A DNA stretch of 64,000 nt from contig OX597822.1 in the NCBI GenBank assembly GCA_951406725.2, positions 4,898,001 to 4,962,000 on the forward strand, in the 5' to 3' direction. The notes under the pieces were generated by a model. It was not told the origin of the DNA. It did no database searches and was given only the letters and a program-made list of their open reading frames with translations. Shown here in pieces: positions 16,480 through 30,788 of this stretch (position 1 is its first letter; each line of letters starts with the position of its first letter). Position numbers and translations under genes: made by a program. Origin of the DNA: Octopus vulgaris (Eukaryota).

Positions 16480-16834
16480 TGGGCATCCATGTACCTCCTA
16501 CAGCAAGGCACTTAACTTTATTCCTCTATTACATTTTTAACCTCTAATCAACTGGCACAAAGCTGCCTCCCTAAGTACCACGGTGCCTACTAGTCAAGGT
16601 GTCTTTGTCTTGCAAGTTAATTTGGTGACTCCACCAGTGCTGGTGCTATGAAACAAAAGAAAAAGCACCCAGTACACTCTGTAAAGTGGCTGGCATTAGG
16701 AAGTGTATCCAGCTGTAGAAGCATGCTGAAGCAAACAATATAGTTTGGCATAGCCTCTGGCTTGCCAGTTCTCCTCAAACAGTCCAACCCATGTCAGCAT
16801 GGAAAAAGGACGTTAAGTGATGATGATAATGATG
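16480..16834 (+). mobile_element. RTE-tailed repeat related to 15450-15900
   Basis: Shared catgtacctcct(ct)acagcaag start and terminal module with tail. Confidence 0.72.
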
Positions 16835-17906
16835 AACAGAAATTAAAGTAAAGAACCTACGAAAGTGTAAGTAGCTGAATGGTACGCTAATGAATTTTAA
16901 AAGGATATAAAAACAAGAATACTGAGGAGAAAAAGAAAAGCACTTTCAGTTCTGTGTGTTGTGTCTATTAATGGCAAACCATGACAGAAAGCAAGTCTAA
17001 GACACTGAAGAAAGATTCAAACCTAAAGTAGCAGCCAAAATCAGTTTTGCATTTAGTCCATCCAGTTATTTAAAATATGCACTAGGTATGTAATGGACTA
17101 AATTCAGTTAATTACACATCGTACCACTACAGTTTTGACCTCATGCCCATGTGATAAATCAATATCTTAACCCTGATCATTGATTGAACTTGTAGTCACA
17201 ATTCTATAAAAAGGAATGCACAGAAAGCAATGGCATCTGTCCACAAGGCCTTTGTCTCTAAAGTCAAACTCTGGTGATTAATGTATTTATTTCCACTTTT
17301 AATAGAGTATTCAAGAATATTCAATAAACTATTTAAATGTGTAGCATGGCTAAAATAAATGAAGAAATAACAATGTTTTGTAAAATTTTGTCCTTTTTCT
17401 GCATAGGTTTTATAGAAAACTGTAATCAATAAGAGCATACTATTTTTAACAATAATCTTAAATTAATCTCCATGTTAATAACACCAAGAAATATTCTTTA
17501 TATTTATTGAAGAATGATAAATTTGTGAAAACGCAATGCATGGTAGAATTAACAACTTAGTTCATTTAAAAGGAAGGAGAAGAAAACAAACAAACAAATC
17601 TGCCTCTCTATTTTCATTTAATCATTATCAAGCAATCATTCTATCAATTAATGAATGTGTTAATGAGTATGTTTTAGAGGTGCTTCAGCAATCAAAATCT
17701 AGTTTTCTCTCCAACAGTAAAATAAAAGAATGCTGACCAGTCCACTCTTTTATACTTACCACCCAGAAATTTGTTTCATTCATTGGTGAAAGGTAATTTT
17801 GTTACTATAAAGCAGGTGATAATCAACATTATTAATCAAAATTAATCTCTGTAAAATAATCTTCCAACGTAGGGTATATCTAAGTTTCATAGACGAGACA
17901 TTATGC

Positions 17907-18310
17907 CATCAGCAGCAACATTTTAGCATCTACTTTCCGTAATTGCATGGATCAGATAAAATTTGTTGAGGAGATTCTCTATGGTTAGATGTGCTTCCTG
18001 TTGCCAACTTTCATCGGTTTCTAAGCAAGCTAGTCCCATTATTATGAATTTTCACAATGGGTGACAGATTTTCATGAAACACGTTTTTGTATGAATAATG
18101 ACTTTGTTTACAATCAACATGTAATATCAAGATAAGGAGACACAGACACATGACAGTAGTTTTCTTTCAGTTTCCATGAACTAAATTCATCCCCAAAACT
18201 TTAGTTAGCTTAGGGCTACAGAAGAAGACAAATATACAAGGTACTGATCAGTGGGACTGAACCTGAAACTATGCCATTTCAAAATGAGCTTCTTGACCAT
18301 AATACCTTGT
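17907..18310 (-). mobile_element. Old SINE, family-A head plus RTE-type tail
   Basis: Degenerate head at about 18160-18310, joined to a gatgtgcttcctgttgccaac module and tail. Confidence 0.6.
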
Positions 18311-18455
18311 CTGTACTTGTTTTCAATTAATTATCATAAGAGCTTTAGTTTTTCATTCAAACTTCCAAACATTTTAAGGAATATCTTGCTAAATAATGCT
18401 TAGGTAAGTAAGGCTATTATCTGCGGTCATGCAGTATATTGCCTCAGATCATTAA

Positions 18456-18676
18456 CCCTTCAGTATTTCAACCAGCTATATCTGGCCGAAAATATTCTAC
18501 CTGTTTTATATTGAAACTGGTGAGATCCAGTCTCACACACCTACCCTACAATGTCATTTTAAACATAAGCAGTTATACTATTGAAATCTAAAGTCTAGAA
18601 GATAATACATGATTAATTCAAAATAAGGTGAATAGACAAGCATTGCATTTGACAGAATAATCTGAATGCTAAAGGG
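18456..18676 (+). mobile_element. piggyBac-like MITE
   Basis: TTAA|cccttcagtatt ... aatgctaaaggg TIRs. Right TTAA has decayed. Confidence 0.75.
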
Positions 18677-19046
18677 ATTGTCAGGGATTGAGGGGCATTT
18701 ACAACCAAGAATTACAAGGTATAACAGCTGGGATATGATCTTACCCTTGAGTTTACAAATTGTTCTATTCAGTGCAGATACTTTCCTAATTACAGCTTAG
18801 TATTTGGAACTTCAGCGGAATGAAAGGAAAAGGTTGAGCTAGAAGACTCGGTAGAGTTGAGGAAATTGATTTTATTGTCTTGACAATTATGTTTTCCAGA
18901 TATCTTCAAATACTTATATGAAAAAATAAACTATGTGTGTAAGTGTGGACAAATTTTTCATTATTGCTGCTGTTGCACTATATAAATTATTTCTCTGTTG
19001 ATGTGCCATTGATAATTTTCATTTAGTTTGGTTTCTTTATGTCTTC

Positions 19047-19112
<66 letters not shown>

Positions 19113-20233
19113 GTCTCAATATAAATAGAAAATTACTTTTAGTTTTAAGTAATCAAATCTTGTAAAGGAAATTGAATTACAAACTCCACAAATTAAAAGA
19201 CAATAAAAGTCCAAAAGAAACTGAAAGCAAAGCAAAAGAAGGGAAAAAGAGAAAAGAGTTTAAACAGCCATACAGCTTATAGCACAGCACTAGATTGAAG
19301 TTAATAATACTTTAATGGCAGAAAGACTTACATATATCTTACCTCCCTCCCACCTTGCTTATAAGACATTTTGTGGTAGACATTTTAATTTAGGAACAAA
19401 TTATTGTTTTTATATCATGTATTAAATCGAATTGCATTTACTGATTAGTGGAAGGAAGTATAAATAATATAAATATATATAGAATTTATAGAAAAAACAA
19501 CATACAATTTTCAAACAAAATCGAGAAAATCATTTGCTTTTCAATTTTTTTTTTTGACATTTGTTAAAATATAAATTTTTACTTCTTTTACTCGTTTAAG
19601 AAAATAAAATTAAGAATGTGAGAAAATATATTGAAGATGTAAAAATAGAAGAATGAAAGTGCTAGCAGTTGGTCTGATTGCTGTCGATAAGAAGAATTTA
19701 AAACTGCCGAACTAATTGTAATGAGCAAGAAAACATTTTGGGGAAAGTAATTTGGCTAAGTAGAAAAATCTCTATGCATAAGACACAGTCATAAAAAAAA
19801 GACAAAAATTACAAAACAAAAAAAAGACACAGGCATAACTTTTCATGCTTAAGCTTAATGCTAACTTAAAAATCTATCATTTAATTTTATTTACAATTGT
19901 TTTTCTCCTTTTCCGAGAAAGTTGTTGTTTTTTGGTCATACTGTTAGCACACATATACACAGTCATACATGCACACATAGGTACACACACACACACACAC
20001 ACAAGCCTTCAACAGGAAAATTAAATCGGATAACAAGTAGAAAGTGGAAAGTAAAATACAACTAAAAGCTTAATTATATTGAATTTTCATCCTCAAATCA
20101 TCCATCTTTGTCTTCCTCGTCATCATCCTCCTCCTCCTCATCATTATGACCATTACCATCACTCCTACCACCAAGCCCACCTGTAATAGGATTTCTTTTT
20201 ATTTGTTATATCCACATATTGTGAGTCAATATA

Positions 20234-20267
<34 letters not shown>

Positions 20268-20666
20268 CTAGCAGTATTGCCCGGCGTTGCTTGGGTTTGT
20301 AGGGGAAATAACTATATAAGCATTTTTAGAGAGTTATAGCCAAAAAATAGCAAAAAAATGCATTTAAAATGGAAAAAAAATGATGGTAATTTTTTTAAAA
20401 ATCATTGACTCATCGTAGACATTTTTAGAGAGTACTTCCCTTATATAATAGCGAAAAAATGCATTAAAATGGTAAAAAATGATGGTAAATTTTTTAAAAT
20501 ATCGTAGACTCATCGTAGATGCGCGCTAATACCCAGAAGGGCTCGATATGAATCATGACTATAAGATATCCACTTTTGGTTAAACTGCACCGCAAAATGT
20601 GGGAGTAGTTAGGAATCTAAATCGTAGGAGACAGACAGCACACAACTTCACTTTTATATATAAAGA
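20268..20666 (-). mobile_element. Complete non-autonomous Helitron (399 bp)
   Basis: On minus it starts A|TCTTTATATATAAAA and ends with a GC-rich hairpin acccaagcaacgccgggc just upstream of CTAG|T. Inserted in an AT dinucleotide with no TSD. Internal 99-bp tandem duplication at 20321-20519. Confidence 0.9.
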
Positions 20667-20668
20667 TG

Positions 20669-20705
<37 letters not shown>

Positions 20706-21008
20706 GCACACACACACATTGTTAGTTAAAACACTGGTAACACTGGTTTAGAAGATCTATCTCAAACCAACTACCATTCTTAGATGTTTATGTAAACTAA
20801 TGCATCATCAGTCTGTATTAACTATTTGCCTACAAGCCTAATTCCACATCCGTTACTAACTACACTCCAGCAATACTAGCCACTACAAAACCTCTACCGG
20901 TGCATGCAAATACAATTTCTTCCGCTCTCAAAGATAGAGCAGAAGCTAGAAGTACAAATAAGTGTGCTGAGTATATTTTCATTGGACCTAACCTAAATCC
21001 CATTTACC

Positions 21009-21227
21009 TGAGGGGGTGCTGCAAAGTTTCTGGCTTTTAGGGTACTGCAAAAAGTGTGGTTGGAGGCCCAACCATCTGAGTTCTTTTACAGGGATTAGAA
21101 AAATTGAAAGACTGCTACAAAAAGTGTGTGAATCTGAGAGAGGAATATGTTGAATAAAATCATAATCAACTGACCCACCCCATATTTTCTTTTACCCAAA
21201 GCCAGGAACTTTTCAGTGCCACCCCTA
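21009..21227 (+). mobile_element. Mariner-derived MITE (internal deletion derivative)
   Basis: TIRs gggggtgctgcaaagtttctggcttt / aaagccaggaacttttcagtgccacccc. Retains the transposase C-terminus GLEKLKDCYKKCVNLREEYVE*. Confidence 0.82.
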
Positions 21228-21269
21228 GCCCCTCTCTCTCTATATATATATGTATATATGTATATATGT

Positions 21270-21688
21270 GCTGGCATGGTAAGATGGTTTGACTGGAACT
21301 GGTAAACCGGAAGGCTGCATCAGGCTCCAGTCTGTTTTGGCTTGGTTTCTACAGCTGGATGCCCTTCCTAATGCTAACCACTGCAGAGTGTATTGGGTAT
21401 CTTGTATATGTTGCCAACATGGCTACCTTTAGCATATCACCATATATATATATATATATATATATATATCATCATCATCTTCATCGTTTAATGTCCGTTC
21501 TCCATGCTAGCATGGGTTGGACGGTTCGACAGGGGATCTTGGAAGCCAGAAGGCTGCACCAGGCTCCGGTCTTATCTGGCAATGTTTCTACAGCTGGATG
21601 CCCTTCCTAACGCCAACCACTCCGTGAGTGTAGTGGGTGCTTTTTACGTGCCACCTGCACTAGTGCCAGGTGAGGCTGGCATCGGCCA
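21270..21688 (-). mobile_element. Two RTE 3'-end fragments (21270-21420 and 21468-21688)
   Basis: tttctacagctggatgcccttcctaa motif in both. The second has the ccatgctagcatgg hairpin and (CAT)n tail. Confidence 0.88.
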
Positions 21689-21777
21689 TACACACACACA
21701 GAAGCATATATACTTATGAACATATACATATATACATATATGCATATGTGTGTGTATGCATATATATATATATAGGA

Positions 21778-22067
21778 TAGACTCTCCCATCGTTAGACGA
21801 CGTATGAGGGTTCAGCAATTTCTTACTGAACAACCACACAGATGATCTGTTTATTGTGATCAAATGTTTGTGTAGACATAAGCTCACTCCCTCCATCAGA
21901 TCAACATCACCTGTACAGGTGTAATGAGTGCCACATGTCAGATGTTGAAATGACCGCAGAGCAACGTGAAATGAAATGCTTTGCTCAAGAACACAACACA
22001 ACCCCCAGTTTCGGAATCAAACCTATGAACTCACAATTGCAAGTGCAACATCTTAACCACTAAGCCA
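21778..22067 (-). mobile_element. tRNA-derived SINE (family D, head related to family C)
   Basis: Minus strand tggcttagtgg A box, ggtttgattcc B box, gtgttcttgagcaaagcatttcatttcacgttgctc CORE-like segment. Confidence 0.8.
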
Positions 22068-22094
22068 TATATATATATATATCAGATGCTATAC

Positions 22095-22470
22095 ATCACA
22101 TACTGTCACAATGCGATTCCAATTTTTTTGCACCCTTCTTTTCCATATTGGCCTGAATTTTCTTCTCATCATAAGTGGAAGCTTTCCAAGAGGCCATTTC
22201 TGGTCTCTTGGATATCACTTGACAACTGCATGGGTCCACCTGTTGTCCTACCAGCACTCTTATAAACAAGTGAGATGTGGGCTACTGTGTATGAGGAAGA
22301 ACATTGACTGGCCACAATACAAAGAGCTAAGATTTATATTTGGAATATTATTGAAGGAGTATATCTGGAATGAAGTAAATTAAGAATGGTGTGAAATGAA
22401 CACTGTGATCACAGAGTGCTGAAAACACAGGTTTTGTAGACTGGACATGTTACCAAATTCACAGGCAACA
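22095..22470. mobile_element. Second RTE-clade family, C-terminal fragment with internal inversion
   Basis: About 22130-22255 minus reads DNRWTHAVVK*YPRDQKWPLGK. About 22270-22470 plus reads the preceding region, EMWAT...GHVTKFTGN. Homologous to 40252-40521. Confidence 0.65.
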
Positions 22471-22563
22471 TCTTCAGACACATTCAGACATATTTATATG
22501 CACTTCGTTTATATATGTATATATGTATATATATATATAGATATATATATATATATGTACATC

Positions 22564-22696
22564 TGCAGCCATGCTGGAGCACCGCTTATTCTGTTGGTCT
22601 CTTTTGCCGAGCTGCTAGGTTACAGGGACATAAACACACCAACACTGGTTGTCAAATGGTGATGAAAAATAAACACAAACACAAAGACACATACAC

Positions 22697-22735
<39 letters not shown>

Positions 22736-22889
22736 ATGGATTTCTTTCACTTTCCATCTACCAAATCCATTCATAAGGCTTTAGTCACTCAGAGGCTATA
22801 GTAGAAGAAACTTTCCCAAAGTGCTATGCAGTGGGACTGAACCCGAAACCATGTGGTTGGGAAGTAAGCATCTTACCACACAACAATGC
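22564..22889 (-). mobile_element. SINE family A (internally deleted)
   Basis: Similarity to other copies. Confidence 0.82.
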
Positions 22890-23719
22890 ATGCATACATA
22901 CATACATAAATATATATTTATTTATTTATACACTTTGGCTTTGTTAAATTTGAATTCAGAATGCAAAGGTCATGAGATGAAATACTGCAAACTATTCTGC
23001 CCAACGACTCAATCACTCAATCCCTTTTAGTCCTAAATTACTGACCATCTTCAATAAAGCAAAAAGGAAGTATTCTACACCCTCTCCTGCCAAAAACAAA
23101 CAAACGTGTACAAATCTGAAATGGTACATGCATCACACATCCTCATAAAAATTCTCTGATTGCACACAAGCACTCATAAAACAAGTTTGCTTCTGAGTTA
23201 TGTCCTCTCCTTGCTTTTTCAACTACAATTTCCAATATTTTCTCTTTGAATATTGTTCAGCCATAATGTACCTCACCTTTCCATCCCATTACAGACTTTA
23301 TTTTATCCATTCCTTCCTCTTCAGAATTATATCCAGAGCTGCCACATTACTTGTCAATCTGTTTCTTCCATTTTGTACGTATGCAATCAGTAAAATTAAA
23401 TTTCAACACCACTAAACTTATTTGATTATCCTAATACTCAGCTCTTGGAAGGCCTAAGAAGACCATCACTTCAAACCAACAAGAATTTAAACAAATACTG
23501 ACAGAAATATTTATTGGTTTACAGTTGGGCTTTAGGTCTGTTAGCTTGCTAGATAATCACATTATGAATTTCTGCCTCTCTCCAGAATTGGCAGAATAAA
23601 ACAAAAACGAAAAAGAAAAAAAAAGTATGAATTTCTATATTTATAAGCACAAAGAATTTCCAAGACTTCCAGCATAACCAATGTATTTTAACTACAACGA
23701 GCAAAAATCATGAGTTTTA

Positions 23720-24130
23720 CCAATATGGCAAAATATCTAAGTATCTAATTAGACACGCTACTGAATTGTCTGTATCAATAAGAATTACTGCAGTTGCTAT
23801 CTGTTTCTCTGCAAAATAACAATCATTCATAGATTCTTGACTCCGTCTCATTGTGAAATCCTTATTCATGCCTTGATTACTTCCAAACTGGAAATGTATA
23901 AATTCTTTGTTGGCATCAGTAGGTCAACCATCAATAAATTATGTGTAATATTCAATATGTGTAGCTGCAAGCTTGATGAAGGTTGCCATGCAAAACTTCA
24001 CTGGCTTAATATTGATCAGAATATCATTCAAAATCACATTAATAATATATGTCTTCATGGCATTGCATTATTTCTTACTTCCAACCTGCCTCATATTAAG
24101 GAATAAAGCAATGCTTACACTGGAGGTGAC
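23720..24130 (+). mobile_element. L2/CR1-group LINE ORF2 C-terminal relic
   Basis: LTPSHCEILIHALITSKLE...GISRSTINKL...AKLHWLNIDQ matches the L2 pattern LVHAxVTSRLDYCN...INKLQ...LHWLPI. Confidence 0.7.
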
Positions 24131-24271
24131 ATCATTTTCAAACTGTAGACATACTCCAACTGATGAGATAGCTTACTTGTTGAGTTATGTCTGTCGAGTT
24201 ATTTGATTTTAAATATCACACTAATTGTCAGCTTGGGATTTCCATCCCTTTACCATCAGAATTAATTTCAT

Positions 24272-24666
24272 GACGTGGATGTGTGGCAAGTAGCTTGCTT
24301 GCAACCACATAGTTCCGGGTTCAGTCCCACTGCGCAGCACCTTGGGTAAGTGTCTTCTACTAGAGCCTCAGGCCGACCAAAGCCTTGTGAGTGGATTTGG
24401 TAGACGGAAACTGAAAGACGCCTGTTGTATACATATGATAATATAGCTATGTGTCTGTGTGTCTGTGTTTGTCCCCACACCCCCATCATCATGTGTTGGT
24501 GTGTTTATGTTCCTGTAACTTAGTGGTTTGACAAAAGGGACTGATAGAATAAGTACCAGGTTTAAAAAATAAGTACTACGGTTGATTCATTCAACTAAAA
24601 AAAATTCAAAGTGGTGCCCCAGCATCACCGCAGTCTAATGACCAAAACAGGTAAAAGATAAAAGAT
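24272..24666 (+). mobile_element. SINE family A
   Basis: Colinear with 13527-13940. Confidence 0.9.
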
Positions 24667-24750
24667 ATATATACACGTACATATATATATACATACACAT
24701 ATAAGGAAAAACAGTAACTGAAAATATTCCTATATATATTTACATGTATG

Positions 24751-24797
<47 letters not shown>

Positions 24798-24812
24798 TTT
24801 ACACATACATAA

Positions 24813-24845
<33 letters not shown>

Positions 24846-25934
24846 TACAATCACATACATGCACACATGTAACTCCTCTAATTTGATATCTTCAAAGTAC
24901 TTCTATATGAGAATTTCCCAGCTTTAAACAGTTGCAGAACATAATAAGCAGTTGTGATTTATATTTCTTTGGCATAGTCTACTAGCTAGAGTTGAGTTGA
25001 GTTGAGTTGGATTACCTAATTATCACACTAAAAACTACTATCTATATTATAGAATCTGCTCTTACAAATATGTACCTTAATCTCAACTACTACTTTCTAA
25101 AGTTACTTTATCTTGCATGACTAATTACAATATACCAGTTTGAAAATATAAAACTTGGTTCATTCAAGCATCAAAAAGAACAGCCAGATATTTCTTTATT
25201 TTATGACTTGAAATAATGATTCCTAAAAAATAGCTGACATTCTCTGACAGGTGTGGCTAGGTCTATTCACTGACACCAACAGCATTTATTATTACGCTCA
25301 TGTTTAATAAGTGAGATATTTGTTCTGCATAGGGTTAAAGGTATTTCTTTGTAACTCTTGCAGTCATAGACGCAAATAGTTGGAGATTGAACAAAAGCTG
25401 ACTTTGCTAAAAGCCAGGGAAATGTCTCATCAACAAAAAACAATGATTGGTTGTTGCTTGTTTTGTTTATACCTTAAGTCACTTCTGATTGATCAAACTG
25501 AAAATAAAGGTATTCACCCTATGAGCACCCAATCTTTTTAGGTGGGGGTATAAGACTATATTATCCTGTGTGCCCTTCCCTTAATAAAGATGTGTGATTT
25601 GAGAGAGATTTCATTGCTATTTATACCAGTATGTATATTAAAACCAACTTAGCCAAACCACATGAGCATGGAAAAGTAAGCTTTTGTTGACAATGACCCA
25701 CTATCTGAGCAAATAGGTTGGGTCAACATCTGCAGACAGAACACTCAGCTCAAAGGTAGTTTCTGCCTTTCTGCTGTCATTTCTCTATCCTCTTCTCCTC
25801 CATGATATACACACCTTGGGCTACTGAGTGCTCTGTACATTTACGGCATACAAGATGCTCCATCTCTTGTGTTGGTGGAATAACAGCAGCAGCTGAACTC
25901 CTTCTCCAAGCAGATGATGAGTAACACTACCTTC

Positions 25935-26121
25935 CTAGTGCTGGTGCCATAGGAAAATGCACTCAGTACACACTATAAAGTAGTTGGTGATTGGAAAGGC
26001 ATCAAGCTGTAGAAACCAAGTCAATGATGCATATGAGCAGAAGTCATTTTGTAAGAAATGAATCAGATCATGCTAGCATGGAAAGTGGATGTAAGATGAT
26101 GATGATGATGATGATGATGAT
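25935..26121 (+). mobile_element. RTE 3'-end fragment
   Basis: ggcatcaagctgtagaaac module, catgctagcatgg hairpin, (GAT)n tail. Confidence 0.75.
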
Positions 26122-26454
26122 ATATAAACTGTTGATTGGCAAATTTGTTTGGGTATTGGATAAAATGTTTTATGGTATTTGTTCTGGCTCTGAGCCCTGA
26201 GTTGAAATTTCACTGAGGTCAACGTTTCTTTCATCTTTTCAAGGCTAATAAGTATTAGTAAAGTACTCATGTAGAGTTTTCTTGTTTCTCTCATTTTCTC
26301 ACTGAAATGAATCAGCTGTAATTAGACCTGAAAAAGGATGGGTCAAGACATGCTACATGTTACTGGGTCATAATGGCTCTCCAACAACCCTATGAAGCAA
26401 GACCTGACGCCACCCCTGCTGCCACCACCACAACCACCACCACCACCTGTATGT

Positions 26455-26793
26455 CATCATCATTCTTCAAAATCTACTTTTCTATTCTTTCATGGGTCAG
26501 ACAGAATTTGTTGAAACAGCCTTTCTATAACTAGGTACCCTTTCTATTGCTGATCTTTACATGTTTCCAAGTAAAGTAATATTTCATCATCGAAGACAAG
26601 AGTAGACACAAACACATATATATATATACACATATGACGGGTTTTTTCTTCAGTTCCTGTCTGCTAAATCCATTCACAAGGCTTTGGTCAACTGAAAGCT
26701 AAGTAGAAAACACTTGCCCATGGCCAAACAGTGGGGCTGAAACTAAGGCTAGATGGTTAGGAAGCATCTTAACTACACAACCATGCCTGTGCA
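26455..26793 (-). mobile_element. Old SINE, family-A head plus RTE-type tail
   Basis: Head at 26636-26793; tail module and catcatcat at 26455-26580. Confidence 0.65.
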
Positions 26794-26829
26794 TCTGTGT
26801 GAGTGTGTGTGGGTGTAGGTATCTGTATA

Positions 26830-26862
<33 letters not shown>

Positions 26863-27016
26863 CTATACATATGTGTATGTATATACACACACACACACAC
26901 ACACACAAATATATATATACTAGCACATACCGGCAAAATAAAACAAGGACTCGTATATCTACACAAGCATATGTCTATCTGTTATATATATATATATAGA
27001 CAGATAGACCATGAGG

Positions 27017-27099
<83 letters not shown>

Positions 27100-27925
27100 T
27101 GATGGTACTGCATAAAAAACATCCAGTCCACTCTGTAAAGTAGGTGGCATAAGGTAGGGCATCCATCCATAAATTCCATGCCAAAACAGATAGTTGGCAA
27201 ATATGTATCTTACACACACACACAAAGAGAAAGATAGATAGATAGATAGATAGAATAGATAGATGAAAACCCACATAGTAGACATACAAACATGTCAAAC
27301 TGTCAAATTTACCTATTTCTTCATAACAATTTTTGACTCTTAGTAGGGTTTCATGAGGTGTCTGCATCACTTGACTAATACTAGAAAAACAAGTAACCAA
27401 TCCTTTTGTATTTACACATAAATCCAGTAGCTTTGGAGAACTGGAGCTAGAAAAACTATTACAGAGAGAGAGAGAGAGTGAGAGAAAGAGTTAGAAAGAA
27501 AAAGAGAGAGAAAGTGAGTGAGAGAGAGAGAGAGTTAGAAAGAAAGAGAGAGTGTGTGTATGTGCATGTGTGTGGGTGGAAAAGACAAAATGAATTATTT
27601 GCAGTGTGTTAATTATAGAGCTTTGGCATACTCATTAGTCAATCAGGCATCAAAGAAATGGTCCTCACTCTGGGTATATAAATGAAGCTATATATTATCT
27701 TGAGGTGCTTATATTTAGAGCTCCATTGTACATACTTCAAAATTATCATTCAAATACATTTATAATTACATTATATGCAGTCATAAAAAGACTTGGCTAT
27801 AAGCAGGTGCATTTTGAGCATCAATAATGCAAAAGAAAAAAAAAGAAAAAGAAGATATTCCAGATTAGAGACTAAAGCTAGAATTGAAGGAGGTTATGTT
27901 GTTTGCAGACGTCAGTAGTTCTTAA

Positions 27926-28186
<261 letters not shown>

Positions 28187-28408
28187 CCCATCTAAACAAT
28201 ATAATGTGTTTTGTATAGCTATCAAAGAAAAAGGGAAAATATTTTCTAGTTTTAAATAATTAGCACTATGATTTCTAGGGGAATAAAAATTCCTGAATTG
28301 GATGGTCAAAATCAGGCTTGAGATTTATATGAAAAGTTTGCAGTGGCCAGCTGATTCATCATCGTCATCATTTTAGCACCTACTTTCTTGTGCTTGCATG
28401 GGTTAGAT

Positions 28409-28634
28409 CTGTGGTTCCCAATGATCTTTTACTTGTGGAACTCTGTGATTTCTATTTTCCTCAGGTGGATCCTCATAGCCATTCAATTTTTAAAAAATCC
28501 TATTATTTTTTTATAATTAGATATCAGGAGTTGCATAAAAAAATAGTTAAAATATTTTGTGTATTGTCGAATCTGTTTATTGCACATAAATTTTAACAAC
28601 AAAATCTCATATGGACCCTGGATGAGAACCACAG
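28409..28634. mobile_element. hAT (Charlie-like) MITE nested in an RTE-tailed SINE (28357-28856)
   Basis: TIRs ctgtggttccca / tgagaaccacag. Degenerate 8-bp TSD ggttagat / ggctatat. The host repeat resumes on both sides. Confidence 0.75.
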
Positions 28635-30750
28635 GGCTATATAGAATTCATTGAGGTAGACTTTCTCAAGCTGGATGTTCATTCTGTTGCCAAGACAAAG
28701 GAAATATGAAGTCATACACACGCACAACGGACTTCTTTGAGTTTCCTACAACTAAATCCACTCACAAAGCTTTGGTTGGCTTGTGAATATAGAAGAAGAC
28801 CCACAAAGTGAACCTAACACCACATGGTTGGGAAGTGAATTTCTTACCTACACAGCTAAATTTAAGGAGAACCTATGAATATAGATCAGATTAGCAGCAA
28901 GGTTGGGGGGGGGGGTGAAGGTGAACCTAAAGTAAACGCAAGGATCCACTATTCATTATATCACCTGAAGCTTGATATTTACCAGTTGGCCAGTGTGTGT
29001 TTGAGATATTTAGAAAGATGACCCTGGAAAGATGACAGATAAGGTATAGTAAATTATGCAGAAAATTTAAATGGGTAGACCCTTTCTCCCTGGATGCTGA
29101 TTTCATTTAAACCCACCCTAAAGATAGCTAAAATATTGAAATGCTCTGAGAGTTCACTAATATATGGTATTGTTACTCAATCAACTAAGATGCTGAGAAA
29201 TATAATGTAAAAATAGTTTCTCCTGAAATACAACCCTAATATAATTTAGATTTGTTTTTGTGCTCAACATTGAAAATGTGTCTACATTAATTAAAACTTA
29301 TTGTTTGTGTTACAGTTTTGCTAATGGCAATATGTTTAGTCTTATTCCATTAGTGAAACAGTAGAAATTGTACACAATAATGTTTCTTGCCTAATTAAAA
29401 ATACTGATTTAATTTAATGGGAATAGTTTGCATTATAGTGTCTATAATATGCTAGTAATAATCTGATTCTTTCAACCGATCTTATTTATGAGCAAGTTCA
29501 ATTATTGTCGAAACAGAGGAAGAGAATAGCAAGTCTATTAATTAACATCTGAAAAATACGGAGTGAGAGTGTCCATCTACCATTGGCAAATTCAATTTGA
29601 TCACTGTAATTTGTTTAATTTTAAGTGTAATGGATCTCGGAAGTATTCCGAATGTTGGATCAACATTAAGCATCCAGTCATTCATAAAAGTTGAAGGTAG
29701 AAATAAAGCAAGTTCAGAATCACTGAATCAGAATTGAAAGCTTGTAAGTATATCATTTAAAGTGTATTGGATCAACGATAAACACCCAGTTGTTCATAAA
29801 ATTTGAAGCTAATATAGTGTTATAGTAATTACTGCAGAAGGGTGAAGGATGGGGGTGGCTCTATGAGAAATGCATGTGTTGCTCTTGCTACCAGGTTAAT
29901 CCAGCACTAATGGTTAGCAATAATCAGTTCTGACAGCATTAAATTCTTTGGAAGAAGGCAGCTCCAGCTTAAAATATTATAACAGTTTTCCCTTGGAACA
30001 CTAACATTACACAATTTTTAAACTTTATTTAAACATAAATGGTTATGATTGATTTTTAAATATGAGAAAAAAGAACATCTCTCATCTCTTAAATAAAAGG
30101 CAATAATTTGTTGACCTCTTTCTTTAATTCCTCATGGTTTCTTTATTGAAAACACAGTAATGCATTAATAAAGGGTTTGAATGAAATTGCTACTAAATTC
30201 TTATGTAAACAGCCTTCTAATTGTGTCTCTATAGGTATGGCACTGTACAGTATGAATTTCAATTTAATATATTTAAAATATGCACATATATATGTGTGCA
30301 CTTGTATTTATTCACTTTCAGGATGCAGGTGTAAGTAAAGCAGCATGTATTCATGACTACTCTCTGACATATATACAAATGTGTACAGAAATATAAAAGC
30401 AGACATGTATACATATATCATTGCAGTTGTATCTATACTAACACACAACTACATACAAATTGCTGCTTTGGGATGGAAGCCACACAACTGACATCAGCAG
30501 TTAAACCTCAACAATATCTTGTGGCTTGTTCAATTTTTATATCTCTTTGTTTGTATTGTTCACTGAATACTTCAAATGAATTGATTGATCAATTATTGAT
30601 CAGTTAATAAACTTATTGATCAATAATGCACCAACAGAATGATTAAAACTTCCAATTGTTCATATCTCCCCTCACTCTCAAGCTGTGTTACATACATACC
30701 TCTATCTCTCTCTCTCTATCTATCTATCTATATATATATCTATCTATATA

Positions 30751-30788
<38 letters not shown>

